Origin: an uncultured Gemmatimonadales bacterium
GTDB lineage: Bacteria; Gemmatimonadota; Gemmatimonadetes; Palauibacterales; Palauibacteraceae
Reading direction: 5' to 3'
Length of the DNA: 64,000 bases
NCBI GenBank assembly: GCA_963783385.1
Contig: CAWANJ010000009.1
Span: 352,001 to 416,000, forward strand
The position numbers and the translations under genes were made by a program. The notes under the pieces are model-generated. The model was given only the letters and a program-made list of their open reading frames with translations. It was not told where the DNA came from and did no database searches. The first letter of the stretch is position 1. Each line of letters begins with the position of its first letter. Shown here one piece after another: positions 27,694 through 37,066 of this stretch.

Positions 27694-27820
27694 GGAGCCC
27701 CCGTGACCCGGAGGACTGGTGACGGAGAGGGCGCGATGCCTTCCGGCTTCCGGGTCAGGAGCAGCAAGGTGCGTGCGCGAGGCGTGCGTGCAGCGGCCGC
27801 GCCCCCCGTGACCGGGAGGC

Positions 27821-28948
27821 TCAGGAGGCCGTTGAGCGCCTGTGATCCGCCCCGACCCAGCGCATGAGCAGCCCTCCCCCGACCAGGACCGTCAGGTAGG
27901 TGAGGAAGACTCTCCAGATGGCCGTGTAGGCCACCAGGAGGGAGGCCGGCAGGAAGGGCTTCATGAGCGCGGGCGCCAGAACCTCTCCGACCCCGGTGCC
28001 ACCCGGCGTGGGCATGAAGGTCAGCAGGAACTGGAGCATGACGTGGATCGTGACGACCTGGATGAAGCCGGCGTGGATACCGAACCCCCGGAGCACGGCC
28101 CAGCCCAGCAGGAACCGTCCGCCGAAGTGCAACGTCCCGGAGAGGGTCGCCAGGAGGAGGGCCAGCTTCCCCTTGCGGATGTATATGAGCAGGCTGGCGT
28201 GCAGCTCGTGGATCCAGCGCAGGAGGAGCCGCATGCGGTGGCCGCGCCCGAAGGTCTTGATGAGCCAGCCCCGCAGCGGCCGCGGGTTGAACGAGAACAC
28301 GACGATGATCGCCACGACGACGGCGAAGCCGCTGGCCGTCCATTCGAACATGCGCGCCGCGGAGATGTGGGCGACCGGGAGCCGGAGGTCCTCGATGGTC
28401 GACGAGGCCCCGAAGAACCAGGCGCACAGACCGGCCGTGGACAGGAAGGTGATGTTCACCAGGAAGCTGGCGAAGTTGCTCGCTGCGGCTCGACCCACCG
28501 ACACGCCCTCCCGCACCAGACCGTACAGGTGCGCCGGCCCGCCCCCGGCCCCCGAGGGCGTGAGGTAGGCGAGGGCCGCCGTCGCGCCCGAGATTTCCAC
28601 GCACTTCCAGTAGGACACCCGGATGTCGAGGGGCTTGAGCAGAACCCACACGCGCACGCCGCCACCGAACCAGTCCATGGAGGCGAGCCCGAGGCACACG
28701 AGTCCCCAGCGCGGGTCGAAGCGCTTGAACGCCGATAGGCTCGCGCCGAGGTCCTTGGACAGGAAGAACAGGACACCGAATCCCATCAGCGAAGCGACCA
28801 CGAAGCCGGTGATGCCCCACCGCAGGGCACCCTGCGGAAGAACGAGGCCCGGCTTCGACTTCCGGTCGCCGTCATCGTCGGAGTCGGGTGCCGGGGCGGA
28901 CCCGGAGGGTCGCTCGTCTCCCGGAGGGAGGCTCTGCGCTTCCTGCAT
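27821..28948 (-). CDS. Lysylphosphatidylglycerol synthase TM-domain / flippase-like membrane protein
   Basis: LTPSGAGGGP, PTPGGTGVGE and IWR..TY motifs; multiple TM helices. Confidence 0.8.
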   Translation of the reverse strand: MQEAQSLPPGDERPSGSAPAPDSDDDGDRKSKPGLVLPQGALRWGITGFVVASLMGFGVLFFLSKDLGASLSAFKRFDPRWGLVCLGLASMDWFGGGVRVWVLLKPLDIRVSYWKCVEISGATAALAYLTPSGAGGGPAHLYGLVREGVSVGRAAASNFASFLVNITFLSTAGLCAWFFGASSTIEDLRLPVAHISAARMFEWTASGFAVVVAIIVVFSFNPRPLRGWLIKTFGRGHRMRLLLRWIHELHASLLIYIRKGKLALLLATLSGTLHFGGRFLLGWAVLRGFGIHAGFIQVVTIHVMLQFLLTFMPTPGGTGVGEVLAPALMKPFLPASLLVAYTAIWRVFLTYLTVLVGGGLLMRWVGADHRRSTAS

Positions 28949-29164
28949 CCTGTCCCTGGCCTCCCTCGGCCGAGCCTGATGAGGGTTTCGAACACCGGAG
29001 CGGGCCGCCCCGAGGTCGACCCGCCCTTGCGGCCGTGGGGCGCGAACCGTCTGGCCCACGGCCGTGTAGCTCTGTAGGATAACAGACCCGTCCCGGGCCG
29101 CCAACGGAATCGGTCGGGCCGGCGGCGCTCCGGCGTCGTCGGCCCGCGCCAGGAGGGTCAGCTC

Positions 29165-30319
29165 TTGAAGCGATATGCCGCCTACGATCCCCCCGAGTAC
29201 GTCGACTGGGAGCCCGACGAGGAGCTGGTCGAATCGTACAGGGCCAGGATTCGCGAGCACCCGGAGCGGGCCTCGGTCATCGATGGGCTGGACGCCGGAT
29301 CCCGTCTGGACCTGTACCGGGGGCTCCTGCGCTTCCGGCTCCACGACATCATGCTGCAGCGCTGGGTGAAGCAGGGCGTGATCTCGAAGGCGTGGCTGGG
29401 GACGGGCGAGGAGGCCACGACCATCGGCGCCGTCCACGCCCTTCGGCGGGCGGGCGGAGATGGAGACTACGTGGGTCCGATGATCCGCAACAACGGGGCG
29501 TGCCACGAGATGGGCATGTCGGTGGCCGACATGCTGCGGGCCTACCTGGCCACGGGCGATTCGCCCACGCACGGCCGGGACCTGCACGTGGGGGACCTCC
29601 GGAACGGGGTCGTCACGCCGATCAGCATGGTGGGCGGACTGGTGCCGGTCATGAACGGCTTCGCCCTCGCCTTCAAGCGCCGCGGTGAGGACCGCGTCAC
29701 CCTGACCTGGGTCGGGGACGGCGCCACCAAGAACGGCGAGGTCCACGAGGCGATGAACTTCGCCGCCGTCATGGGCCTGCCGGCCATCATCGTCATCCAG
29801 AACAACCAGGTCGCGCTCGGCACCCGGCTGGACCAGCATCAGCTCGCGCCGGACTTCTCGGGCTGGGGCCGTGCCTACGGGGCCACGCTCGTCAGGGTGG
29901 ACGGCAATCACGTCCTGGACGTTTATGCGGCCGTGCGGCTGGCCCGCCGGCAGTGTGCCGCCGGCGAGGGCCCCGTGTTCATCGAGGCGACGACCTTCCG
30001 CATGGGTGGGCACGCCACCCACGACGTGCGCGAGGCCAGGGCCACCTTCCCGTCGAGCCTGTTCGAGGAATGGGGTCGTAGGGATCCGATCGGCTGTTTC
30101 GAGGAGTACCTGGCCCGCGACGAGCGCGAGCTTCGCGCGGCGGCCTCGGATCTGGCCGACGTGGACGGCGTGGATCGCGAGACCCGCAACCGCGCCGTGC
30201 TCGGCCGCGTGGAGGATGCCGTGACGCGGGAGCTCGAGGAGGCGGCCGAGGCCGCGCTCGAGAGCCGGCGGACCCGCATGCCGCAGCCCGAGGATGCCGC
30301 GATGGGGGCGTACGCGTGA
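29165..30319 (+). CDS. TPP-dependent 2-oxoacid dehydrogenase E1 alpha subunit
   Basis: GEEA, GDGA-x-NN TPP motif, VDGN, FRMGGHATHD; TTG start after AGGAGG. Confidence 0.88.
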   Translation: MKRYAAYDPPEYVDWEPDEELVESYRARIREHPERASVIDGLDAGSRLDLYRGLLRFRLHDIMLQRWVKQGVISKAWLGTGEEATTIGAVHALRRAGGDGDYVGPMIRNNGACHEMGMSVADMLRAYLATGDSPTHGRDLHVGDLRNGVVTPISMVGGLVPVMNGFALAFKRRGEDRVTLTWVGDGATKNGEVHEAMNFAAVMGLPAIIVIQNNQVALGTRLDQHQLAPDFSGWGRAYGATLVRVDGNHVLDVYAAVRLARRQCAAGEGPVFIEATTFRMGGHATHDVREARATFPSSLFEEWGRRDPIGCFEEYLARDERELRAAASDLADVDGVDRETRNRAVLGRVEDAVTRELEEAAEAALESRRTRMPQPEDAAMGAYA

Positions 30320-30801
30320 GCGCCGCGGGCGGACGCGAGACGCGCCGGGTCGACACCCGGGAGCAAGCATGGCTCATCTCCGAGGCGTGGCGCGGCCAGA
30401 GCGGTTGGGGGGTGGCCTACTTCGTGGCGTTCGGATCCGAGGCTCCGCTCGAAGACGACCGCCAGGACCGGCGGGCCCTGCTCGAGCCGGAAGCCGGGAT
30501 CGCCGGCCTCGAGGACGCCGAGCTGGGCCGCCTCCTGGAAGACGCCGCCGGACTCACGTCGACCGAGCGTCGCTTCCGCGGTCCTGGCGGACGGTTGTGG
30601 CTGGCCCAGAGCCGGGGGCCCGTGTGGGCCGATGGCGGCGTGGCCGCAGGGCTGACGGGTCTGCTGTTCACCTCGCTCGAGGGCCCGGTGGAACGGATCG
30701 AAGGGCCTTACGGACAGGCCGGGGACCTGGATGGCGAGGCCCTCGCTTCCCGGCTGGGGGCGGCCCGGGCGGCTCCGGACCGCAAGGAGCCGGACGCGTG
30801 A
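30316..30801 (+). CDS. Hypothetical protein
   Basis: GTGA overlaps with both neighbours; plausible composition. Confidence 0.6.
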   Translation: MSAAGGRETRRVDTREQAWLISEAWRGQSGWGVAYFVAFGSEAPLEDDRQDRRALLEPEAGIAGLEDAELGRLLEDAAGLTSTERRFRGPGGRLWLAQSRGPVWADGGVAAGLTGLLFTSLEGPVERIEGPYGQAGDLDGEALASRLGAARAAPDRKEPDA

Positions 30802-31493
30802 GCGAGGGTCCGGAGATCCGCGCCGGGACGGACGCTCCGGTGACCGTGTACGTTTACGGAGACTACGTCTGTCCGTTCTCCTACATCGGCGACGCCCGGC
30901 TGCGCAGGCTCGCCGAAGAGGAGCCACTGGAGATCCGGTGGAGGCCGTTCGAGATTCACCCGACTCTGCCCGCCGATGGCCTGCCCGTTCGCGAGGCGGG
31001 CTATCCACCCGACGAGTGGTCCGGGATGGTGCAGAAGCTCGAGGCCATGGCGGTCGGTCTCGATCTTCCACTTCACTTTCCCGACTTCGTGGCCAACTCC
31101 CATCGTGCGCTGCAGGTCGCCGAGTTCGCCCGCGACCTGGGGAGGGCAGCGCACGAGACCACCCACGCGGCCCTCTATCGCGCGTACTTCGTCGAGGGAC
31201 GCAACCTGGGCCGGGGCGAGGTGCTGCTCCAGGTGGCGGAAGAAGCCGGGCTCGACGTGGAGGCGGTCCAGCAGGCGCTCGAGGACGGTCGCTACGAGGA
31301 CGAGCTCGAACGCGCCGCCGAGGAGGCCGAGCGCTACGAGATCGTCGGGACGCCGACCTTCCTGTTCGGCCGGTTCAAGGTGGTGGGCGCCGCCCCCCTC
31401 ACCGTCCTCAGGGACGCGTGCCGAAAGGCGCGGGAGGAGTCGGAGCGACCGGGGGGCGAGGTCGGAGACGCCGGCGGGGCGGGGGACGCGTGA
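30798..31493 (+). CDS. DsbA/FrnE-family thioredoxin-fold protein (CxxS)
   Basis: DYVCPFSYIG, WRPFEIHP, cis-Pro GTPTF motif. Confidence 0.85.
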   Translation: MSEGPEIRAGTDAPVTVYVYGDYVCPFSYIGDARLRRLAEEEPLEIRWRPFEIHPTLPADGLPVREAGYPPDEWSGMVQKLEAMAVGLDLPLHFPDFVANSHRALQVAEFARDLGRAAHETTHAALYRAYFVEGRNLGRGEVLLQVAEEAGLDVEAVQQALEDGRYEDELERAAEEAERYEIVGTPTFLFGRFKVVGAAPLTVLRDACRKAREESERPGGEVGDAGGAGDA

Positions 31494-31765
31494 GCGGGCG
31501 CTCGGCGCCCCCGGACGGGTGGGGCGCAGGACCGCAGGTCGACCGGGTGATCGAGGCGGGAGACGCGCTCCGCGAGGCCCTCGTGGTGTATCGGGCCGCC
31601 TTCGATGGCGCGGCGCGGGCGTTGGGGCGCGAGGCAGAAGAAGCTCCGGTGCGTCACTGCGGATTCGAGCTCCTGCGCTCAGACTGGGAGCGGACGGTGG
31701 CTGCGTTCCGCGAGGCCGTGGACCGCATCGGCACGGCGCAGAAGACCCTGGCGCGAGGCTGTTGA
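31490..31765 (+). CDS. Small hypothetical helical protein
   Basis: GTGA overlap with the DsbA gene; fills the gap to rnz. Confidence 0.5.
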   Translation: MSGRSAPPDGWGAGPQVDRVIEAGDALREALVVYRAAFDGAARALGREAEEAPVRHCGFELLRSDWERTVAAFREAVDRIGTAQKTLARGC

Positions 31766-31768
31766 GGG

Positions 31769-32701
31769 GTGCTGCGGCTCACCTTCCTGGGCACCGCGTC
31801 GGCCCGGCCCACGGTACGCCGCAACGTGTCCTCGTTGTTCGTTCAGCGCGAGGGCGATGCCTTCCTGTTCGACTGCGGGGAGGGCACCCAGCGGCAGATG
31901 ATGCGCTTCGGGGTCGGGTTCGGCTTCTCGGACATCTTCCTCACGCACCTCCACGCCGACCACTGTCTGGGAGTCACGGGACTCCTGCGCACCATGAGCC
32001 TGCAGGGCCGCGCCGATCCGGTGGCCCTGTGGGGACCGCCCGACAGCCAGCCGCTCCTGCGCGAGCTCGTGGAGCTGGGCGGGGACCGACTGGCGTTCCC
32101 GGTCGCGCTGAGGGAGCTCCCCCCGGGGGAGTCCGTGCGCTACGACGGCTACCGGATCGAGGCGTTCCCGACCCGGCACACGCGCGACTCGATGGGCCTG
32201 GTCCTGGTAGAGGACGAGCGCCTGGGACGCTTCGACCCCGACCGGGCTCGCGAGCTGGGGGTTCCCGAAGGTCCCCTGTTCGGGCGGCTTCATCGCGGCG
32301 AGACCGTCACGCTGCCCGATGGGCGAACGGTGGACCCCGCCGGGGTCGTGGGGGCGCCGCGTCCCGGCCGAAAGCTGGTGTACACGGGCGATACGCGGCC
32401 GTCGGATCGAACCGTCGAGGCGGCCGCGGCCGCGGACCTGCTCGTGCACGAGGCCACGTTCGGGGAGGCCGAGCGGGACCGGGCGCGGGACACGGGGCAT
32501 TCGACGGCGCGCGAGGCGGCCGAGGTGGCCAGCCGGGCCGGCGTCCGGAGTCTGGCCATCACCCACTTCAGCGCCCGTTACTCCGAGCAGGCGCATCGCC
32601 TGCGTGCCGAGGCCGCGAGCGTGTTTCCCGAGACCGTGGCCGCCGAGGACGGCGCCACCCTGGAGGTGCCGCTGCCGGACGCCGACGACGGGGCTCCGTG
32701 A
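31769..32701 (+). CDS. rnz: Ribonuclease Z
   Basis: FLGT, DCGEGTQ, THLHADH, GDTRP, HEATF, HST and THFS motifs; GP-rich flexible arm. Confidence 0.95.
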   Translation: MLRLTFLGTASARPTVRRNVSSLFVQREGDAFLFDCGEGTQRQMMRFGVGFGFSDIFLTHLHADHCLGVTGLLRTMSLQGRADPVALWGPPDSQPLLRELVELGGDRLAFPVALRELPPGESVRYDGYRIEAFPTRHTRDSMGLVLVEDERLGRFDPDRARELGVPEGPLFGRLHRGETVTLPDGRTVDPAGVVGAPRPGRKLVYTGDTRPSDRTVEAAAAADLLVHEATFGEAERDRARDTGHSTAREAAEVASRAGVRSLAITHFSARYSEQAHRLRAEAASVFPETVAAEDGATLEVPLPDADDGAP

Positions 32702-33984
32702 CTCCGGTCATTCGGGTGCCGGGGGACAAGTCGATCTCCCACCGCGTGCTGATGCTGGCGGGGCTGGCACGAGGCGACTCGCGGGTGGAGAACCTGCTCG
32801 ACGCGGCGGATGTGCGCTCCACGGCGGAGGTGCTGCGCGGTCTGGGCGCGGACATCCCCTCCGCCTGGTCCGGACGGGTCCGGCTCCCGGGCGACGCGGC
32901 GTGGCGCGACGCGGAGGAGATCCTCGACTGCGGGAACAGCGGCACCACGGCCCGACTGGTCGCCGGTCTGGCCGCGGGCCTGGGACGGAGCGCCGTGCTC
33001 GACGGGGATGACTCCCTGCGATGCAGGCCCATGGAGCGCGTGGTGTACCCGCTCCAGGCCATGGGCGCCAGGATCGAGTACCGCGGCGCCCGGGGGTACC
33101 TCCCGATCGAGCTCCGGGCGCGCGCCTCCGGCGCCCTCCGCACCCTGCGACACCGGCCCCGAGTCGCCAGCGCCCAGGTCAAGTCCTGCCTCCTCCTGGC
33201 GGGTCTGGCCTCCGGCACGCTGGTGGAGGTGGTCGAGCCGGGGCGCTCCCGTGACCATACGGAACGGCTCCTCGAGGCCATGGGCGCGCCGATCACCTTC
33301 GGTCCGGAGGACGGCGGGGCCCGGGTCCTCCTGGATCCGGGGGGCGCGCCACCGGCGCTCCGACCCCTGGACCTGCGCGTCCCGGGAGACCCGTCGTCGG
33401 CGGCCTTCCTGGTGGGGGCCGCCCTCCTCGCCGGACGGGGGCTGCGCCTCGAGGGCGTCGGCATCAACCCCACGCGGACGGGCTATCTCGAGGTCCTGCG
33501 GCGCATGGGAGCGCGGATCACGGTCACCGAGACCGGCCGGGAGGGCGGGGAGCCGGTGGGCGACCTCAGCGTCGAGCCCGCCGAGCTCCGGGGCGTGGAG
33601 ATCGAGCCAGCGCTGGTCCCCCGGGTCCTCGATGAGCTCCCGCTCCTCGCCGTGCTGGGCGCGCAGGCCGGCGGACGCTTTTCGGTGCGCGGGGCGGGCG
33701 AGCTCCGGGTCAAGGAGAGCGACCGCCTGGCCCTCCTGGTCTCGAACCTGGATCAGCTCGGGGTCCAGTGTTGCGAGTGGAAGGATGGACTGGAGGTGTT
33801 CGGTCGGGCCGCCCCGCTGTCGGGCTCCGTCTACACCAATGGCGATCATCGCATCGCCATGGCCTTCGGGGTCCTGGCGGTGGTCCCGGGATCGGACGTG
33901 CGGATCGACGATCGCGCCTGTGTGACCGTGTCCTACCCGGGATTCTGGGAGGACCTCCGGCTCCTGTCCGAGGAGGCGGTGTGA
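32698..33984 (+). CDS. aroA: 3-phosphoshikimate 1-carboxyvinyltransferase (EPSP synthase)
   Basis: PGDKSISHR, GNSGTTAR, SAQVKS, RVKESDR, DHRIAM. Confidence 0.96.
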   Translation: MTPVIRVPGDKSISHRVLMLAGLARGDSRVENLLDAADVRSTAEVLRGLGADIPSAWSGRVRLPGDAAWRDAEEILDCGNSGTTARLVAGLAAGLGRSAVLDGDDSLRCRPMERVVYPLQAMGARIEYRGARGYLPIELRARASGALRTLRHRPRVASAQVKSCLLLAGLASGTLVEVVEPGRSRDHTERLLEAMGAPITFGPEDGGARVLLDPGGAPPALRPLDLRVPGDPSSAAFLVGAALLAGRGLRLEGVGINPTRTGYLEVLRRMGARITVTETGREGGEPVGDLSVEPAELRGVEIEPALVPRVLDELPLLAVLGAQAGGRFSVRGAGELRVKESDRLALLVSNLDQLGVQCCEWKDGLEVFGRAAPLSGSVYTNGDHRIAMAFGVLAVVPGSDVRIDDRACVTVSYPGFWEDLRLLSEEAV

Positions 33985-34679
33985 GCCCCCGAGTGGTGGC
34001 CATCGACGGTCCGGCGGCCTCCGGCAAGAGCACCACCGCGCGCCGGGTGGCGGATGTCCTGGGATTCGAGCACCTGAACTCGGGGCTCCTCTATCGCGCG
34101 GTGGCGTGGGCCGCCCTCGAAGGCGGCTGGCTCCCGGAATCCGGCGACGCTGGGACCGATGCGGTGGACCGGGCGCTACCGGATCTCGACCTGGAGCTGG
34201 TCCCGGGCGCGGACGGCTACGAGGTCCGGGTCGACGGCCGCGAGCCCGGGTCCGCGCTCCGCGATCCGGCCGTCACCCGGCTCGCCTCCCTGCTTTCGGC
34301 CCGCGCTCCGGTGCGCCGGCGTGTGAACGAGCGGGTACAGGAGGAAGCTCGCCGGCGCGACGTGGTCTGCGACGGGCGGGACATCGGAACCGTCGTGTTC
34401 CCCGATGCCGATCTCAAGGTCTTCCTGGACGCCGACGAGGACGAGCGAGCCCGGCGACGGCTCCTGGAACGCGGCGAGACGCTCGCCCCCGAGGCCGTCG
34501 CCGCGGAAGCCGATCGGCTGCGGGAGCGTGACGAGGCCGATGCCTCGCGCTCCCTGTCCCCACTGCGCCCGGCGGACGACGCCGTACGGTTGGACACGAC
34601 CGAGCTCTCTCCCCGCGCCGTGGTGGACCGCATCCTCCTCGAAGCGCGCCGCCGGGGGATCCGGCCGACCCACGTTTGA
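33981..34679 (+). CDS. cmk: Cytidylate kinase
   Basis: AIDGPAASGKST, DGRDIGTVVFPDA. Confidence 0.95.
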   Translation: MSPRVVAIDGPAASGKSTTARRVADVLGFEHLNSGLLYRAVAWAALEGGWLPESGDAGTDAVDRALPDLDLELVPGADGYEVRVDGREPGSALRDPAVTRLASLLSARAPVRRRVNERVQEEARRRDVVCDGRDIGTVVFPDADLKVFLDADEDERARRRLLERGETLAPEAVAAEADRLRERDEADASRSLSPLRPADDAVRLDTTELSPRAVVDRILLEARRRGIRPTHV

Positions 34680-34717
34680 CCGAAGCGACGAGCGCTCCTA
34701 CATTCCTGTGCTATCGT
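34676..34717 (+). promoter_or_regulatory. Sigma70-type promoter(s) upstream of rpsA
   Basis: TTGACC-N17-TACATT (34676-34704); also TG-C-TATCGT extended -10 (34709-34717). Confidence 0.6.
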
Positions 34718-34827
34718 TGAACATTCGCAACCGTGACCCCAACCCTGCCGGCCCGGTTCCCCCGCTGCCCGTGATGAGGCGGTGAGGTGCAACCACCGCG
34801 GGACAGAGACCAGGACGGTACGACTCG

Positions 34828-37047
34828 ATGACCGAGGACCAGACCCAGAGCCAGCCCGCCACCGAGACCGCGGCTCCCGAGCCCGAAGACACCGGACCCA
34901 CCGTGGACAACAGCGACTCCGCGCCCGATGGCGCGAGCCCCGCGGTCGAGGCCGTGCGGGAGGATCCGGAGATCCCCGTCGTGGACACCCGGGCCATGGC
35001 GCCCGGCGACCCGGCGCCGGGATCCACCAAAGTGGAGCTCACCGAGGCCCAGATCGAACAGCGCGCGGCGGAAGTGGGCGTGCGCGCGGACCTGTTCGAG
35101 GAGAGCGACTACACCCTCGACGAGTACGAGGAGATGCTCTCCCTGTACGAGGACACCCTGGGGGACATTGCCGAGGGCGAGATCGTCAAGGCCACGGTGC
35201 TCCGCAAGACGGACAACGCGGTGATCCTCGACGTCGGCTTCAAGTCGGAGGGCTCGGTCGACCTGGAGGAGTTCCGGGAGCCGGAGACGATCCAGCCGGG
35301 GGACGAGGTCGAGGTCTTCCTCGAGAAGCTCGAGGACGAGCAGGGCGTGGTCGTCCTCTCCAAGAAGAAGGCCGACTTCCTCCGGGTGTGGGAGAAGCTC
35401 AAGGAGGCCTACGAGACCGACACCCCCGTACCGGGCGCGATCAAGCACTCCATCAAGGGCGGGGCGATGGTCGACCTCATGGGGGTCGACGCCTTCCTGC
35501 CCGGCTCTCAGATCGCGCTTCGCCGCGTTCACGACATCGACGCGCTGGCCGGGAACGAGTACGAGTTCAAGATCCTCAAGCTCAACAAGCGGCGCCGGAA
35601 TATCGTGGTCAGCCGCCGGGTGCTGCTCGAGGCGGAGCGCGAGAAGCAGAAGGAGAAGCTCAAGACTGAACTCGAGGTCGGCCAGGTGCGCCGCGGGGTG
35701 GTCAAGAACATCACCGACTTCGGCGCCTTCATCGACCTGGGCGGCATGGACGGTCTCCTCCACATCACCGACATGTCGTGGGGGCGCGTGGGGCACCCGT
35801 CGGACGTGTGCTCGATCGGCGACGAGATCGAGGTCAAGGTCCTGGACATCGATTGGGACCGCGAGCGCATCTCGCTCGGACTCAAGCAGCTCCAGCCCCA
35901 CCCCTGGAAGAACGTGGCCGAGAAGTATCCTGTCGGGAGCCGCGTGAAGGGGAAGGTCGTCTCGATCACCAACTACGGCGCCTTCGTGGAGCTCGAGAAG
36001 GGCGTGGAGGGCCTGGTCCACATCTCGGAGATGAGCTGGACGCGCAACGTCCGGCACCCCTCGCAGCTCGTGTCGATCGGCGAGGAGATCGAGTGCGTCG
36101 TGCTGCGCGTGGATGAAGAGGAGCAGAAGATCTCCCTCGGGATGAAGCAGACCGAGGAGGATCCGTGGCTCTCCCTGCCGGCCAAATACCCGCCGGGTAC
36201 CCACATCACCGGGCCGGTCCGAAACCTCACCTCCTTCGGCGCGTTCGTCGAGGTCGAGCCGGGCATCGATGGCCTCGTGCACATCTCCGACATGAGCTGG
36301 ACCCGTCGGGTTCAGCATCCGTCCGAGGTGGTGCGCAAGGGCGAGGAGGTCGAGGTCGTCGTCCTCAACATCGATCCCGAGCAGAAGCGCATCTCGCTCG
36401 GCCTCAAGCAGGTCGAGGAGGACCCGTGGTACGAGCTCGCCCAGGAGTTCGAGCCCGGTCGCGAGATCAGCGGCAAGGTCGTGCGTCTGCTCGACAAGGG
36501 CATGGTCGTCGACCTGGGCGACGATGTCGAGGGCTTCGTCCCGCTCAGCCAGCTGGGCCTCGAGGAGCCCGTGGAGGACCCCTCGACCGAGTTCGTGGAA
36601 GGGGAGCGGGTGGAGCTCAAGGTGCTCGAGTCGGATCCGATCAACCGTCGCATCGTGCTCTCCGTGACGGCCCGACCGGAGGCGGCGGCCCGGAAGGAAG
36701 CCGCCGCGGCCGCGGCGGAGGCTGAGGCGGAGCAGGCCGAGGCGGAGCAGGCCGAAGTCGACGAAGCCGCGGCCGGCGACGAACAGTCTTCCGTGGAAGC
36801 GGAGGCCGAGGCGGAGGCGGAGGAGCTCGAAGCCGGGGCGGAGGCGGAAGCCGAGGCCGAAGAGGCGGAGGATGAGGCGGAAGCCGAGGTCGACGAGCCC
36901 GAGGACGAGGCGGACGAGCCCGAGGACGAGGCGGACGAGCCCGAAGCCGAGGTCGACGAGCCCGAGGACGAGGTCGACGAGCCCGAAGCCGAAGAGGCCG
37001 GGGAGACGGAGGAGTCCGAAGAGGACGAGGAGCGGGACGAGGACTGA
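34828..37047 (+). CDS. rpsA: 30S ribosomal protein S1 with acidic N- and C-terminal extensions
   Basis: Six S1 repeats (DVGFKSEG, FGAFIDLGG.DGLLHI, GLVHISEMSW); follows cmk. Confidence 0.97.
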   Translation: MTEDQTQSQPATETAAPEPEDTGPTVDNSDSAPDGASPAVEAVREDPEIPVVDTRAMAPGDPAPGSTKVELTEAQIEQRAAEVGVRADLFEESDYTLDEYEEMLSLYEDTLGDIAEGEIVKATVLRKTDNAVILDVGFKSEGSVDLEEFREPETIQPGDEVEVFLEKLEDEQGVVVLSKKKADFLRVWEKLKEAYETDTPVPGAIKHSIKGGAMVDLMGVDAFLPGSQIALRRVHDIDALAGNEYEFKILKLNKRRRNIVVSRRVLLEAEREKQKEKLKTELEVGQVRRGVVKNITDFGAFIDLGGMDGLLHITDMSWGRVGHPSDVCSIGDEIEVKVLDIDWDRERISLGLKQLQPHPWKNVAEKYPVGSRVKGKVVSITNYGAFVELEKGVEGLVHISEMSWTRNVRHPSQLVSIGEEIECVVLRVDEEEQKISLGMKQTEEDPWLSLPAKYPPGTHITGPVRNLTSFGAFVEVEPGIDGLVHISDMSWTRRVQHPSEVVRKGEEVEVVVLNIDPEQKRISLGLKQVEEDPWYELAQEFEPGREISGKVVRLLDKGMVVDLGDDVEGFVPLSQLGLEEPVEDPSTEFVEGERVELKVLESDPINRRIVLSVTARPEAAARKEAAAAAAEAEAEQAEAEQAEVDEAAAGDEQSSVEAEAEAEAEELEAGAEAEAEAEEAEDEAEAEVDEPEDEADEPEDEADEPEAEVDEPEDEVDEPEAEEAGETEESEEDEERDED
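36892..36996 (+). repeat. In-frame 21-bp tandem repeat, 5 copies, encoding DEPE(D/A)E(A/V/E)
   Basis: GACGAGCCCGAGGACGAGGCG-like units at 36892, 36913, 36934, 36955 and 36976. Confidence 0.9.
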
Positions 37048-37066
37048 GCTTCCCGCCTCGAGTCCC

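Noticed and set aside
30976-32697. Long N-terminal extensions on AroA (1002 aa) and similar ORF-track entries (NrfD, HisF, HisD, HprK, flippase)
   Set aside because: They overlap other real genes; true starts lie at stop/start overlaps or RBS-supported codons
36892-36996. CRISPR-like array
   Set aside because: Head-to-tail in-frame repeats with no spacers, inside rpsA; no cas genes
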